A stretch of 64,000 nucleotides of DNA from Adineta vaga (lineage: Eukaryota; Animalia; Rotifera), in assembly GCA_021613535.1 (NCBI GenBank), contig CP075494.1, positions 8,742,001 to 8,806,000 of the forward strand. Direction: 5' to 3'. This document shows, piece after piece, positions 34,141-47,364 of this stretch. The notes beneath the pieces were generated by a model. It ran no database searches. It was not told where the DNA came from and saw nothing but the letters and a program-made list of their open reading frames with translations. A program made the translations under genes and the position numbers. Every line of letters begins with the position of its first letter. Positions within the stretch are counted from its first letter, which is position 1.

Positions 34141-36390
34141 AGATTGATTCGAACGATATTTGTTGTCTCAAAGTTGAATTATGAAACTATTATTTGTATT
34201 TGTAGGCAATATATAAAAACGTGTTTAAAGTTCCTTTTAATAGCATTTTATTGAAGATTAATCCATATTGAATTTGTTTATCTAGTTAGAATAAAAATTC
34301 ATTGATCAAAATCTTTATTATCAACATCATGCTTAAATTACACGAACTTTCAATCAGATAATTTTTTTCTTCGGAGAACTCGTGTTCATCAGACTATGAC
34401 TTTATTACAATTGAGAATCGAGCATGAATAACATTTACTCGATGAGCTCAAATTCTTAAACTAATAGTTACCTATTTTTAACACTTTTGTATGCCAAAAA
34501 AAGGTCATCATCATATGTGATTCTTTACTTGTGAATACTGTAGTCATCTTATATTAGAACAAGTATGAAAAACATATTTCATAACAAATACGCAAACTTC
34601 CGGTAGAAGTAAAATAGAAAAGAAAAAACATGTTAAATGTTTCAGACAAAATAAAGTTATTCATTTAAATCAATATTATCAGCTATGTTTAGAAATACTT
34701 CACATATCGTTCAGTTAGTTAGCAACAAACAAATAATGAATAATTATCATACATCTGCTCATCAGTCCTTAGACTTCATCGTATACTTTCGAAATAATAG
34801 AATGCCATTGTCGATCACCTGCAAGCAAGTGATCTATGCAATTGCCGTTTTTTCAATAGTATTAGATAGTGAATGTAGATGGTAATGGTTTTATTGCAAA
34901 TGTGTTTGTGTAGGTATAGAGTTAGTAGAGAGTACCAGATCTTGACTGCCATCGATATCAGCTGAATTTCCCTTTTCTACTATGCAACTTCTGCGTATTT
35001 ATTTTTGTTTTTTAAGTTTTAAGTATACCTAGATCAGACAAATGAATAATCTAAGTGAACGATAATTGGAACAGATGTTTATAGATAAGAATAGGTGGGG
35101 AAAGGATGTGGGAAGGATTAGAGGGATAAAAGTCTATTGAGTCATATTCATATATACATATATATATATATAAGAATGTATGAGAATAGTAGTATAATCA
35201 CTCGTGAGTGAAAATAGATGAAGTAAGTTTTATAGAAAGTATCAAAAAGAGATTAAACTCGTTTTCGAATTCTACGGTTTTTCATATTTCATTCGGTTTT
35301 AATTCGTTCAGAGAGTAGTAAGTTTCTCAACGATATCATCTCCCATATCTCTCTTGCCTTTATCTTCTTCTCAGAGTTAACAACATGAGGGATGTAATTA
35401 AACAATCAAAATTCAAGACTCATTACGAAAAAAGCATTAGAAATAATATAGTCATACTGCGCCCATAGAAAACATCATGTTCAATTTATAGCAATCGTTC
35501 GTGAATAGCCTAAAAAAGTCTATACACACTTCACATCTGGTCACGTTGATTCTAAGTATAACTGTACTTTTTGATATTGAGCTTTCTGGCTAACAGGCCA
35601 TTCTATCTACTATTTATCTTATAAAATTTTAATTTCTACTTAACCGTCTTTTATTTGTTTTGAATCAGGTTACTATTTTGGTACGCAAACTGTCAATAGT
35701 CTCAAAGTCTGGTTGATATCTATTCTGACTAAATGTTAGCATAATAACAGGAAATCCATTTACGGGTGATTGTACTTAAAGCATTATATCTTTCTCAAAT
35801 ATCAAGTAACATCTATCGTAAGATACTGATAATATTGAACGATGGATATCAGCTCAAACGTAATATCCGTTTATTCTTGAATGATGAGTTTGAAACATTT
35901 GATCTTTTAAATAGCAGCGCTGATTTTCTACTTTTTACCATCGTGTCAAGTTAAAATGACAAAAACACCAACCACCATGAAAAACTCGTCAGAGTATGAT
36001 TTCTCATCTATTTAATGTACAAAAATATTTTCAATTACTCACTGCGAAGAATGTTTCGTCACGATAGAATACATTCTGCGAACAACAAAGAAAAAATAGA
36101 ATTACCTGAAAATTTTCTCTCTTTTTTACGGCATCATATTTTACTCATTTTAATCGATGTGTAGTAATTCATAAGGTAAATTTTCGTTCTTCTAGGTACA
36201 CGTATTGAATCAGTAGATACACACATATGACGAGACTCTTTGTTCAATCATAAGAATCAGATATTTTTAAAAGGCTGATAATTTATTTTTCTTCACTAGA
36301 TCTTCGACTAATATTCATAACTTTAAATATCTTCATTTTAGATTCATTTCCCTTCACTTTTATATTTACATATTAGTTTTCTTGCTCACA

Positions 36391-36720
36391 ATGACATCAT
36401 CGATCAATCCTATTCGAATCTTATTATTTTTAACCATTTGCTGGTTGTTGATATTGTCAAGCAATGCATTGAATACAAATGATACTCTTTTTCATCGTTA
36501 TTATAAATCATTTCGATCATCAAGCGCACCAGTTTCGAACGTTACAGAAAAACCTACTCCATCATTATCTACACCTCTTCTTAAAAGACGAAGTGCCTAT
36601 ATTCCTGGGTTTTGTTATCCTGTTCAAGTCGGAACGAATACATATGTTATGGTATGTTTACATAATGGTTTTCGAAAAAGTGTTTACTTGATACCAAATC
36701 CAAATGAAGTAACTAACTAG
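36391..36720 (+). CDS. Small secreted precursor (signal peptide, pro-region, KRR site, 2-Cys C-terminal peptide)
   Basis: MTSSINPIRILLFLTICWLLILSSNA signal-like N-terminus, then LLKRR/SAYIPGFCYPVQVGTNTYVMVCLH. Confidence 0.6.
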   Translation: MTSSINPIRILLFLTICWLLILSSNALNTNDTLFHRYYKSFRSSSAPVSNVTEKPTPSLSTPLLKRRSAYIPGFCYPVQVGTNTYVMVCLHNGFRKSVYLIPNPNEVTN

Positions 36721-37795
36721 ATTGTTTTCTTTCGTATTAATACATATTCTCGTGATAAATAATGTCATATGAAGAACTGGTTTATTTGGTATAGATCAAT
36801 TTACGAATAAATTTGTCTTGTTTTTATATTTAAATTGATTTCGTATCGAACGAATGCAACTAAAGAACGATTTTTGTTTTGAAAAATAAAAAAGATGTAA
36901 CAAAAAATGTTCTCAAATCAATTCATGAATCATAGATTCATAATATTAATATTTATTCATTGTCTACAGGTCAATATATTCACTTACTAATCGATCGGAA
37001 CAAGAACTTGAGTGCGCAAAGTTTAATCAAACACGAACAGATTCAGTTCTATATGAATAAGGTACAAACATTCAAAGTATCACAGTTTTAACAAACAGTA
37101 TATTTATAATAGAGTATCAGAATACAATATACTGTTTTTGCAAAAGCGTGTATTATTCATCATAAAACTTCGACAGATTGTTACTGATGAGATAAATGGT
37201 GTAGGTTTTATTAACAGTTGATTCATTAAAAGTAAACTTTTCAAATCACTTAAAATAGAATGACTACGGCAAATTAAAAGATATAATAGAGACTTTATTT
37301 TTTCAATTAGAAACGAATTTAACATAATCCAGAACGCAAGAATAAAAAAAAACAGATTGATCTTCGATTATTTATGGTACTGAAATCCTTTATTTCTGTT
37401 ATTTTTAAAAATTTTCATAGTTTGAATAAATATATGGTGAGATTCTTCAAATTTAACGGAAATCTTTCGACATGTTGGATTCGAATTATGACGTTTTATG
37501 TGAGAATCAATAGCATTAACATAAATATTACTTTGAATACATTCAAAATATTGACATATTCTTTATCGTGTATACCTTCTAATTCAATTTTGCCCTAATA
37601 ACCCAACAAGATGATTCTTATTCATACACTTCACAAAATGTTAAAATAATATTTCTATGCAGTACTTACGAACAAAATATGCGTTAAATATTAAAAATGG
37701 AGTATTGAATCCAAATGCAAATAACTTAAAGGTCTTTTCTAAAAGTATATTTATAAAAAAACACTGACATTAGACATCGTCCAATCGATGATAGA

Positions 37796-39457
37796 ATGAC
37801 AGATACGACAATTCGACATATTGCTACTGTATTTCCAGTAAGTGCTGATGCATTAAAATCTAATTCAAAATTTCGTCGTCGACGTTCAATTATTCGTGAA
37901 TTCAGTCTTAACACATCTACTCATGGTATTCCAGGTATTGCACGAAGTGAAAGTCTACATAATCGATTATTTTGGACAGTTTGTTTAATACTATTTACTG
38001 GTATTATGACCTATTTTATTACTCAAGCGATTCGAGCTTATTTCTCTTATCCAACTCAAACATCTGTTTCATTTGTTGTGAAACGTTCTCAACCATTTCC
38101 AGCAGTTAGTTTTTGTAATTATGCACCAGCTAGATTCGATCGTTTTATTGGTCCGTTTGTAAATTATACGAATTCACGAAACATTACGAATACAAATGAT
38201 ACAAGCACTATAATTCCACAACAATTCGGTTATATTCTTGATTTTTTCCAACAAATATTCAATTCTGGTGAAATGGTTACACCGTATCTATTTAGTTTGA
38301 ATAACATACTCTTAGAGTGTATTTATAATGGAGCCAGTTGTACAAAAGATGATTTTATTTCATTTGTATCCTCAACTCATGGAGGTTGTTATACATTTAA
38401 TGCTCAATTGAAATCAAGTAATAAAACACTTCGACAAACTACTGAAAGTGGAAATAATGGTAAACTTCAATTGCGTCTCTATACGCATAGTCATCAATAT
38501 GTACCATATGTTTCGAAGGTAAATCTGTTGAAATAAAATTTAGGTTACTGTAAAGTTCTTTTTCTGTCTTCCAAGATGTTACAGCTGGTGTAATGATCAT
38601 GATTCACGACAATAAAGAATTACCATTGATTGAAGTAGCTGGCATGGAACTTGCACCTGGTTATCGACATAAATTAAGTTATAAGAAAAGAACTAGTCAA
38701 TTGTTATCCTCGCCGTACTCGGAATGTACTAATAAAATTACTCGTCCTATGCAAGCAATGTTCGATCGATATGGAGGTGCTGATTATGTTTATTCACCGG
38801 GTATCTGTAATTCTATATGTGTACAAACATATGTGTAAGTTGAAATAAAATACTTGAGAAATGGAGAATGTTTCAATGAATTTATTTAGATATCAAGAAT
38901 GTAAATGTGTCAATCCACTACAATTTACTTTTCGTACAATTATTCGACCCGGCACGAATGAAATTCTCACGGCACCAGTTTGTAACTCTTCAGATTCATG
39001 TTATTCAAATGCATCTGACCGAATTACGAATTCAGATTCTATTTGGAATCAATTTTGTTCCGATTGTTTACAAGCTTGCTCGACTGTAGATTTTACTATT
39101 GTACCATCAGCAGCCGCTACACTATCTGTAGAATATGCATATATATATAAATCTACGGTAGAAAACTCTGGAATACCAATACCAACAGATTGGTCGGATT
39201 CATGGTTAACAATGATGCAAAAGAATTATATAGCAGTTGATATTGTTTCTGAAACAACTCGTGTGGAAACATATAGAGAAGATCCATCAATAAGTCCTGT
39301 TGATTTAATTTCAAATGTTGGCGGACAGACAGGTCTTTGGATTGGTATTAGCTTTTTATCACTAATGGAATTAGTAGAAATGTTATATCGTCTTTTGCGA
39401 TATCATTGTCATCTTGTTAGAACAAGAATACAAAATGAGGATGATACTCATTTATAA
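37796..39457 (+). CDS. DEG/ENaC (ASIC-like) channel subunit, 3 exons
   Basis: Pre-TM1 STHG motif, FPAVSFCN, Cys-rich thumb and TM2 SNVGGQTGLWIGISFLS. Exons 37796-38518, 38575-38834 and 38890-39457. Confidence 0.95.
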
Positions 39458-39861
39458 CGGACTATATTATATTTATGGCTTTCATTGTATAGTTGAAAAA
39501 TATCAGAATTAAACAATTACTCATTTCTTTCATATCTTTACAGAAAAAAATCGATCACATCAGTAAATAAATAAAGTTTTTGCAAAATTTGTGGGCTTTA
39601 CAAGTGTTCTGAATACATATGAGTATCTACAACAAAAAACAGGATTTGGTCAACGCATAAAAATTCATTCGTAATGATCGAACAAAATATGTTATCTTCT
39701 AAATTCGTATGAATCACTAAGAAAACTATTCTTCATGTTGACTTACCACATTCGAAAATATTTTTGGTACTAGGAATGGATAGGCGTAAATAATTTATAT
39801 AAGAGTTATTACATCGATTAATATTTTTAACAATATATTTCGTATCGATACAGCAAGGAAT

Positions 39862-40976
39862 ATGACCTAGTTTTCGATTAACAAAATTACTACAGTATCT
39901 CTAGTAAATGCGGAAGCATTGGGACCGGATCCGAAATTGCATCTTCGACGTTCAATTATTCGAGAATTTAGTCTTAATACAACTGCTCATGGTACTGCAG
40001 GTATTGCACGAAGTGAAAGCATACAAAATCGATTATTTTGGACACTTTCATTATTAACTTTTACGGGTATTATGTTATATTTCATTATTCAATCCGTGAG
40101 AGCTTTTTTCGTTTATCCAACTCAAACATCAGTTCTTACACAAGCGGAATGGCCTCAAGCATTCCCCGCAGTTAGTATATATAATGACTCACCACTCCGT
40201 CTTGATCGTTTTCTTAAACCATGTTTGGCTTATACGAATTCATTTAATTTCACTAGTACAAATATTAGCGATACCATTAATCAACAACAAACCGATTATA
40301 TTCCTAATTTCTATCAATGTAAACGTAATCAAGGTGAATCATTAACTGAATACTTCTTTCCACTCAGTTCAATTCTAATAAAATGTATCTACAATGGAAA
40401 AAATTCTAATTCATTCAAGTTATACTGAATGTAGCTGTGTTAATCCAAAACAATGGTCTATTCGAAATATTGTTTTACCTGGTACAACTGAAATCATTGA
40501 AGTACCATTGTATAATTTAACAGATTCATGTTATTCAGAAGCAGCAGTACGATTTCAAATTAATGGAGAAATTTGGACAGTATATTTTTGGAAATATCCA
40601 CATCGATGTTCATTTACTCAGTTTCTAACAAGAATATCTTCTCCTGTTGCTCCAGTTGAATGAAATAAAAGCTTTTGTTGAGTCTTCATCAATTCCAATG
40701 TCATCCAATTGGGAAACAAGGTGAGCAAGTGAGATCGAAAGAAATTATGTTGCTATCGATGTTGTTTGTGAAGCAAGTTTAATTGAGAATTTTACACAAG
40801 ATGCATCAATAACATTTGTTGATTTGATTTCCAATATTGGTTGACATACAGATGTATGGATTGGTATTAGTTTTTTATCATTGATGGGATTAGTAGAAAT
40901 GATATATCGTCTCATACGATATCATTGTTACCGATTTAAACGAAGAATACGAGATAAATATAATATTCATTTATGA
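39862..40976 (+). pseudogene. Tandem DEG/ENaC pseudogene with an internal deletion
   Basis: Paralogous to the upstream gene. Stops at codon 3 (ATG ACC TAG), 40661, 40722 and 40842; conserved Cys lost; the end of exon 1 and all of exon 2 are missing. Confidence 0.9.
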
Positions 40977-41144
40977 GCAAATCGCTTTCTTTTGTCTCTA
41001 TTAAATATAAATGAGGATGTGAAGAAACTTTTATTGTGACTGAATGTACACAGAAAAATATCAACTATTTGATAAGACTTTATAACTTTATATTCGAAAA
41101 AAAAACACAGATATAAATAAATCGAAGAATAATAATACACTGTT

Positions 41145-43293
41145 TCAAAGTTTATCTTTTAAATGAATTGGATTTGTATTGCTATGACTATCCGGTGCAT
41201 GCGTAAAAAGTAAAATAAATGTCCATAAATGAAGAATAACAACGTAGAGTAGAACACCAAGTCGAACCATTGGATAACGTCGAAGAAACATTGTTGCACG
41301 AATACCAAGTTTATCTAATTCATTAGCTGCTCGTTTAACTTTCTTAGTTAAATCAACATCATACGGTGTTTCAGGTAATAATGGCATACGATAACGTAGA
41401 TTTTCATAATGTTCATTATCATCAATTGGTATAGATGTTGTTGAATAATGTTTTGATGATTGGTGTAAAGAATTTTTTGATGTAATTGTTTCGTAATCAT
41501 CGAGACGTTTTTCTAAACGTTCCAATTGCATTGTTAATGAACTTTTATCGATTTGTAAACTTTCAATAATTGTCTGTTTTTGAATTAAAGATTCCGTTAG
41601 ATTTTGTAAACGTTTTTCCAATTCATCATCATTAACATGATTGATTGTTTTCGATGTTAATTGTAAACGAAGACGTTCAATTTCATGTTCACGATCATTT
41701 AATTGTCCTTGATAGATTTGTTTTTGTTTATGAAAATCTTCTGTTGTTGATGTTAAGTCTTCTTTTAAATTATAATAATCTTGTTCAACTAATGATAAAC
41801 GGCCATGTTCTTCTTTTAATTGTTCGGTTAATTTATTGGTTCGTTCATGAGATTGTTCTTCACTATGTTGAATTAATAATTCAGCTTCTTGAAGTTGATT
41901 TCGTAAAGTATGAATAGTTAATTCACGTGCTTGTAATTCTTGTTTAAATAATTCATTTTCACTTTTTATTTCTTCATATTGAACTGATGCCCAATTCGAT
42001 GATGTAGATGATGGTACTGAATTACCTACAACACTTAAATCGAGAAGAGTAGAATCATCATTTGTATTGGTTGTTTCAATATCTAAAAATGAGAAAAAAA
42101 ACAAATTTTATAAGTCAATGAAATTTTCAAAATAATTCTATTAGTTATACAAACCTTGTTGATCTGGAATTGTTGGTGTACTACTTCGATGTTGTACAAT
42201 ATCTTTTAATTTAATAATTAATTTATCTTTTGTTTGTAAAATACGTTGTGCTTTGCTTTTATAATCATTCATTTCTTGTTCTAATTGAGTAACAAGATGT
42301 TTTGCTTGTTTCGTTTGTTGTTGTTGTTGATAGAATTGTAAATGTTCATCATTGTAACGTCTTTCAGTGGATTTTAATTGTTCAATTAATTGTTGATTTT
42401 CATTATTCATACGTTCATGTTCATGTAAATTTCTTTCTAATTCTTGTTCTAATTGTACTAATCGTGTTTTAGAAGCTCTGAAGATTCTGATTGTGGTGTC
42501 GATGAGTTTTGTAATTGTTCGTATTGATTTGTTTTCGTTTGTAATAAACTATCAAGTTCAATCAAACGATTACGAAGTAAATTTATTTGAGAATCTTTTG
42601 CTAATAAAATCTCCATAGAATCAGACTCTCGTGATCGTAAATCACGTAGTAGAGCATCAGATTCGGCAATTTGTTGTTGATATTGAATTTGTTGACGTTT
42701 ATAAACTTCCAATTCATTTACATGTTGTTGTTGTTCATGCGTTAGTTTTTGAATTTGAGTTTGTAAGGAAGTAACGATTTCCTCGTCTGGTTTTTTGATT
42801 GACGGTTCATTTGATAATGGAATAGTCTAGTGAAAAAATGTAATTACTTAATGTTATTAAGGAAATTTTCATCTTACTAAAGTAAATTCTTTGTGATTAG
42901 ATCTAGATGATATTGATAAAGCATCATCGGGAGGATTACTTGATGAACTTTCCGTACGAATTTTGTCGACAGAAGTTTGAGTACGAGTTGCTTTCTTCGT
43001 TTCACTGGTAGTAGTAGCTACTGGTGTTGGACTGTTAAGAAAATTGATTAAATCAGATTCATCGTTTTTCTTCGTACGACGTGTTGAAGGTATAGATGTA
43101 CGGTGTGGTGTTATACGATTAATACAGGTGGTTCTGATGGTACTGATGGAGTAAATGAAGGTGGTTCAGGAATGAATTCAACTTGATTTTGTAGTGATGC
43201 TGTTTTCGATTGTTGATTCTGATGAAGAGCTGCATTGGTTTGTTGATCAACTCGATTGAGAATGTCTTCAGCTTGTTTTAATAACCAAGACAT
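41145..43293 (-). CDS. GOLGA5: Golgin-84; two 1-nt frameshifts as assembled
   Basis: MSWLLKQAEDILNRVDQ, DLINFLNS, long coiled coil, LTESLIQKQTIIESL and the tail anchor FLRRYPMVRLGVLLYVVILHLW. Confidence 0.92.
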
Positions 43294-43727
43294 GGTCAAA
43301 TGGTTCAATCAACAAAAAATTAGTTGAAATTGTTGATTACGTATTTGGCATAGAGAGAAGAAAAAGAAGAGTAAAAACGGAACAATAACAATGATTCATT
43401 CGATGTAGATCACAGTACCAATAGAGACCATCGTACGACAGATGTCCCCTTTGTATTTTAAAGAACTATAGTATATTAAAAAAAAGTCTATATTCTTTAT
43501 TTCTTACTCCTATTTGTAAAAGGAGTCATATACTTACACTATAGATCGTTTGATATAGGAAGATTATATGTATAAGAACTAAATCATATTTATTAATCAA
43601 ACATTGATCAATGAATTTAAAAATTCCTAACTCTTAAATACATACAAATTTATCACATCTCTACATGTATAGTTCTAGATTGTATTCAAATGCATATTAT
43701 AAAACAAAAAAAAATTTACAAAGACAT

Positions 43728-45514
43728 TTATGTAAAACTTGTTGAGAAGGCTGGTTGATATTTTTCAGATGGTGATGGTGATGGTGATTCATTTTCTGCG
43801 ATGAATGATGATTCGTAATCGCCAAATATTGCTCTGACACCATCTTCAGGCATTACTGAATATCTCTCAACATTTTCATTAGGTATCAGTGTTTCTGAAC
43901 CAGGTTCATCAGGTTTAGACTATAAGACTAGAATGTTTATTCTATACAAAGTACGAATTTTCTTACTTCTTCCTTTTGTTTTCTCTGAGAAAACCATCTA
44001 CAAAGGAAAAGACATTCAAAATGCGAGCTAATCATCAGTGACTTACATGTAAATTCGAATAGGAATGATAATAAGAAGAATTATAGTTAAAATACTGACA
44101 AGCGGAATGATAACATTTTTCCATATATCTAAATTTCAGTGTGAAATCATCGCTTGTTTTTATTTAATAAATAATCTAACTAGATTTAAGAGTTGAATTG
44201 ATTTCTTGACATTCTTCAGGACTATACGAGTCATTTGTTGTTTGTCGACATCTGACACATACTTGGTAAATAGTATTGAAAAGAGGTTTTTCTATGTTAA
44301 AACGAGGTCGACTGGCTTCGATCATTATCCATGTCTATTTTGAAACAATAAGATTTATCTAAAACTCGATATTGACTTACTCGATTCATTGTTAAATTAG
44401 ATTTTAATTGAACATGTCTTTGACAGATTGCTGGTGGAGAATTGGGTATCAGTTGAAAATGAAGTTTGTTTCGTAAAAGAATTTGAACAGTAAAATTTGG
44501 TTTAATCACAAACACTAAAATCACATTATCAAATATTATCACCATCATCAAAGTAATGCTTCTTTCTTTTCATCAACATAAAACTCAAAACATTCTATTT
44601 GTACTCTCTCATTTCCTTCAGAAATAAATTAACACATACTTGACTAATCAAGGTCATTCGAGAAACACTTACTCGGCGTCATATCAAAACGATACTGTGA
44701 TGTTCCAAAAAATGGTAAAGTAATTTTAATATTCATTTTTACATCATTTGGAAATTGACCATTTACAGTTGGTTCCCATCTGAATACCAAATAATCATTT
44801 GTACTTTCATTTTTCAAAAACTCATATTGTTCTTTATATGATCGTCTATATGAAATTTAAATCTCTAATTCACATCGATTTTCTTGAAATGAAAAATAAC
44901 TTACAAATTTGTCATTTCAGTAAATTCAATCTCGGGTGAAAAACCATTTTTTATCGCACGTGCTAATGTTGATGCTCGTATATTACATTTAATATATTTT
45001 CTTTCATAAACTCGACATCGTTGTGCCAACCGAAGTAGGCCAGCATCAGCTAAAAATAAACTTTTCTTCTTTTATTCAATTATTTAAATGTAATACCTTT
45101 AACAATAACATCTGCACGCGTTCCTCGTTGTTCCTTAGTTTTTACATGACAAAATAAATAAAAAATTCCAATATATCTTTTCGAGTGAATAGTAATACGC
45201 ATTGTTGTTTTGTTCAATTGTTTTGTTGAAAGTTTTAAAAATTTATCCGAAATATTTCGTGATAGACTAACGATCAATGACAAATTCTCGGGATGATGAT
45301 TAGTACAAAAGAAATGAACACGACTAGTCGAATTCATTACCATTAGATTTGGTACTAGAAACAGTAAATCAAATATTCAATCAAAGTATAAATTCTATTT
45401 ACTTAATTCAACATCTGACGAACGAAAATTTGGTTGAATAACTTGACCATAGGTTAGTTTTATTCGAATCAAAATAAATAATATGATTAGAAAGAAATGA
45501 AAGTTAAGTTCCAT
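43728..45514 (-). CDS. Type I single-pass receptor-like protein (Ig-like plus two FN3-like domains, cytokine-receptor-like); one frameshift as assembled
   Basis: Signal MELNFHFFLIILFILI, Ig-like VHFFC...FYLFCHV, CRVYERKYIKC, TIYQVCVRCR, TM VIIPLVSILTIILLIIIPI and a short Tyr-containing tail; 8 exons joined by eye. Confidence 0.6.
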
Positions 45515-46611
45515 AGATATCATTTTCTATTGAGATCTAAAATGTAATAAAATACATGTCTATTGTCTGTTCAAGAGTTAAGAATCGTATTCATTTTGAA
45601 CATGTTGTCAAATGTTTTCAAGCATATTCTTCATTTCTCCTCTATGCCGCCATCAAACAATTGGTAGATGAAACTTTTTGGTGAATAATCTTAAATAAAC
45701 AATATTTGTTTTTTCTTCCTTCCTACTTATGCCCTTGATTTACAAATTTTTATGTTTGAAAGAACAAAAAAATTTACATAATATGTTAGAACAATAATGA
45801 CGTCTACATCACTATACATCTCAATTGAACAGTATAGTCAATAAAATATGAATCAAATTCTTATCATTTCATGACAAATATCCAGTCAATATTTCATAGT
45901 TTTCTTTCGGTTAATAGTGTACGTTTTTGCTAAATTACCTTCAACTAACTACAAGTATTTTCTTTCTACGAAGAGAAGCCGTATTTACATACTTTTTTTT
46001 AAATGGTTGTGCACATGAAAAAGAAATCTCTCGAAGTAACAAGTGAATTTAAAGACAGTGCATTCATGTAAATTGTTTTTACATAGGAGAAAAAAAAACA
46101 CTTTCTCTTTCTCCCAGTTAAAAAAAATAAAAAGCAAAACAATCCGTGTACTATTGATCTCTATAATTAGTGAAATTGGATAATCATTAGAAGATATTAT
46201 TAAATTTATTTTCGAAAGGTTACTTTCAGTTCCTAATGAGGATATTTAACAGGATTTACAACCTTGTGATTATATGTATTCATTGATCTCTTTCTCTCAT
46301 ACTAGTCTGCTGTTGTCTTGATACATCTGTCCAGAATGTAAAACCGACAAGACATATACAAACAAGGTTAATACATAAGTAAGATGAAATACATATGTGA
46401 AGAACGTGTCTATTGAAAAAACACCATAATAAGTATTTTTTCCTCTGACGTCTACATGTTAATTGATGTCTATTGATAATGAAAGGTTCCAGATCTTTGT
46501 TCTCTAAAATGATTTAATACTTTCATCATTCTAATATTATTTATTGCAAAGAAAAAAGACAATACATAGATGACTAGTAAAGATATTCTAAAAAACAAAC
46601 AAACTGATTGT

Positions 46612-47364
46612 TTAAAGACATTTTGTATGATTAAAACTATAATCATAACAAAATGCAACTTCTTTTAAATCTTTGCCTTTATGAATCATTGTAACTTCAA
46701 TATTATCCGATGTTAATTGTGGATTAATATCTAAGAAACTTTGAATAATACTTTGACGTCGTTGACGTTTTGTTAAAGTTTGATTCGATAAGATTTCATG
46801 AGTATTTTTTGGTAAAGATATTTTCGAATAAATATTATTAATTCGTTCGAAATAATCTTCTGGAGTATTCCAATAGCATGTACCATGTTTTTCCCATTCA
46901 GCTTGCATTAATGATTCGGATGGCATAAGACAGAAATATTTTCGAATTGTATCAATTGACATCGGTTGTTCATTACGACAATTTCTTGGATGAATACGAA
47001 TTGAACGTGTTTGATTGATATTTCGTTTTGCACTTGGCCATAAACCATGAACAATATAATTAAAGTTATGTTGACATTGAAATGAATTCGCTGCACGTCT
47101 ATTTCCATTACAAAATGCTGGTGACCATGATAAACTTAAACGAAAATAATCAGTTGAACTATTCGTATTTTGAAAATCTTTCAATGCTTTCGTATAATCA
47201 TAATCATAATCGGTTGAATATTCTTTTGGACGAGGACATGATTCATCAAAGATAATTCGATGTTGATTACGACGAATAAGGTAAATAACTGCACCAATAA
47301 TTAGGATTACTAGGAGAATAGTTATGATAGTAACTATTAAACAACGTACACGATTATTTGCCAT
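46612..47364 (-). CDS. Ribonuclease T2 family enzyme with N-terminal TM anchor, intronless
   Basis: LSLSWSPAFC, CAS I IVHGLWP and CAS II EWEKHGTC; hydrophobic residues about 9-30. Confidence 0.93.
   Translation of the reverse strand: MANNRVRCLIVTIITILLVILIIGAVIYLIRRNQHRIIFDESCPRPKEYSTDYDYDYTKALKDFQNTNSSTDYFRLSLSWSPAFCNGNRRAANSFQCQHNFNYIVHGLWPSAKRNINQTRSIRIHPRNCRNEQPMSIDTIRKYFCLMPSESLMQAEWEKHGTCYWNTPEDYFERINNIYSKISLPKNTHEILSNQTLTKRQRRQSIIQSFLDINPQLTSDNIEVTMIHKGKDLKEVAFCYDYSFNHTKCL

Noticed and set aside
35090-35126. G-rich patch as a possible G-quadruplex
   Set aside because: Only three tracts of G3 or longer, with long loops and no other support.
40661-40844. TGA at Trp/Gly positions as UGA recoding
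   Set aside because: The same copy has a TAG at codon 3, a large deletion and lost Cys, and TGA terminates intact genes in this window.
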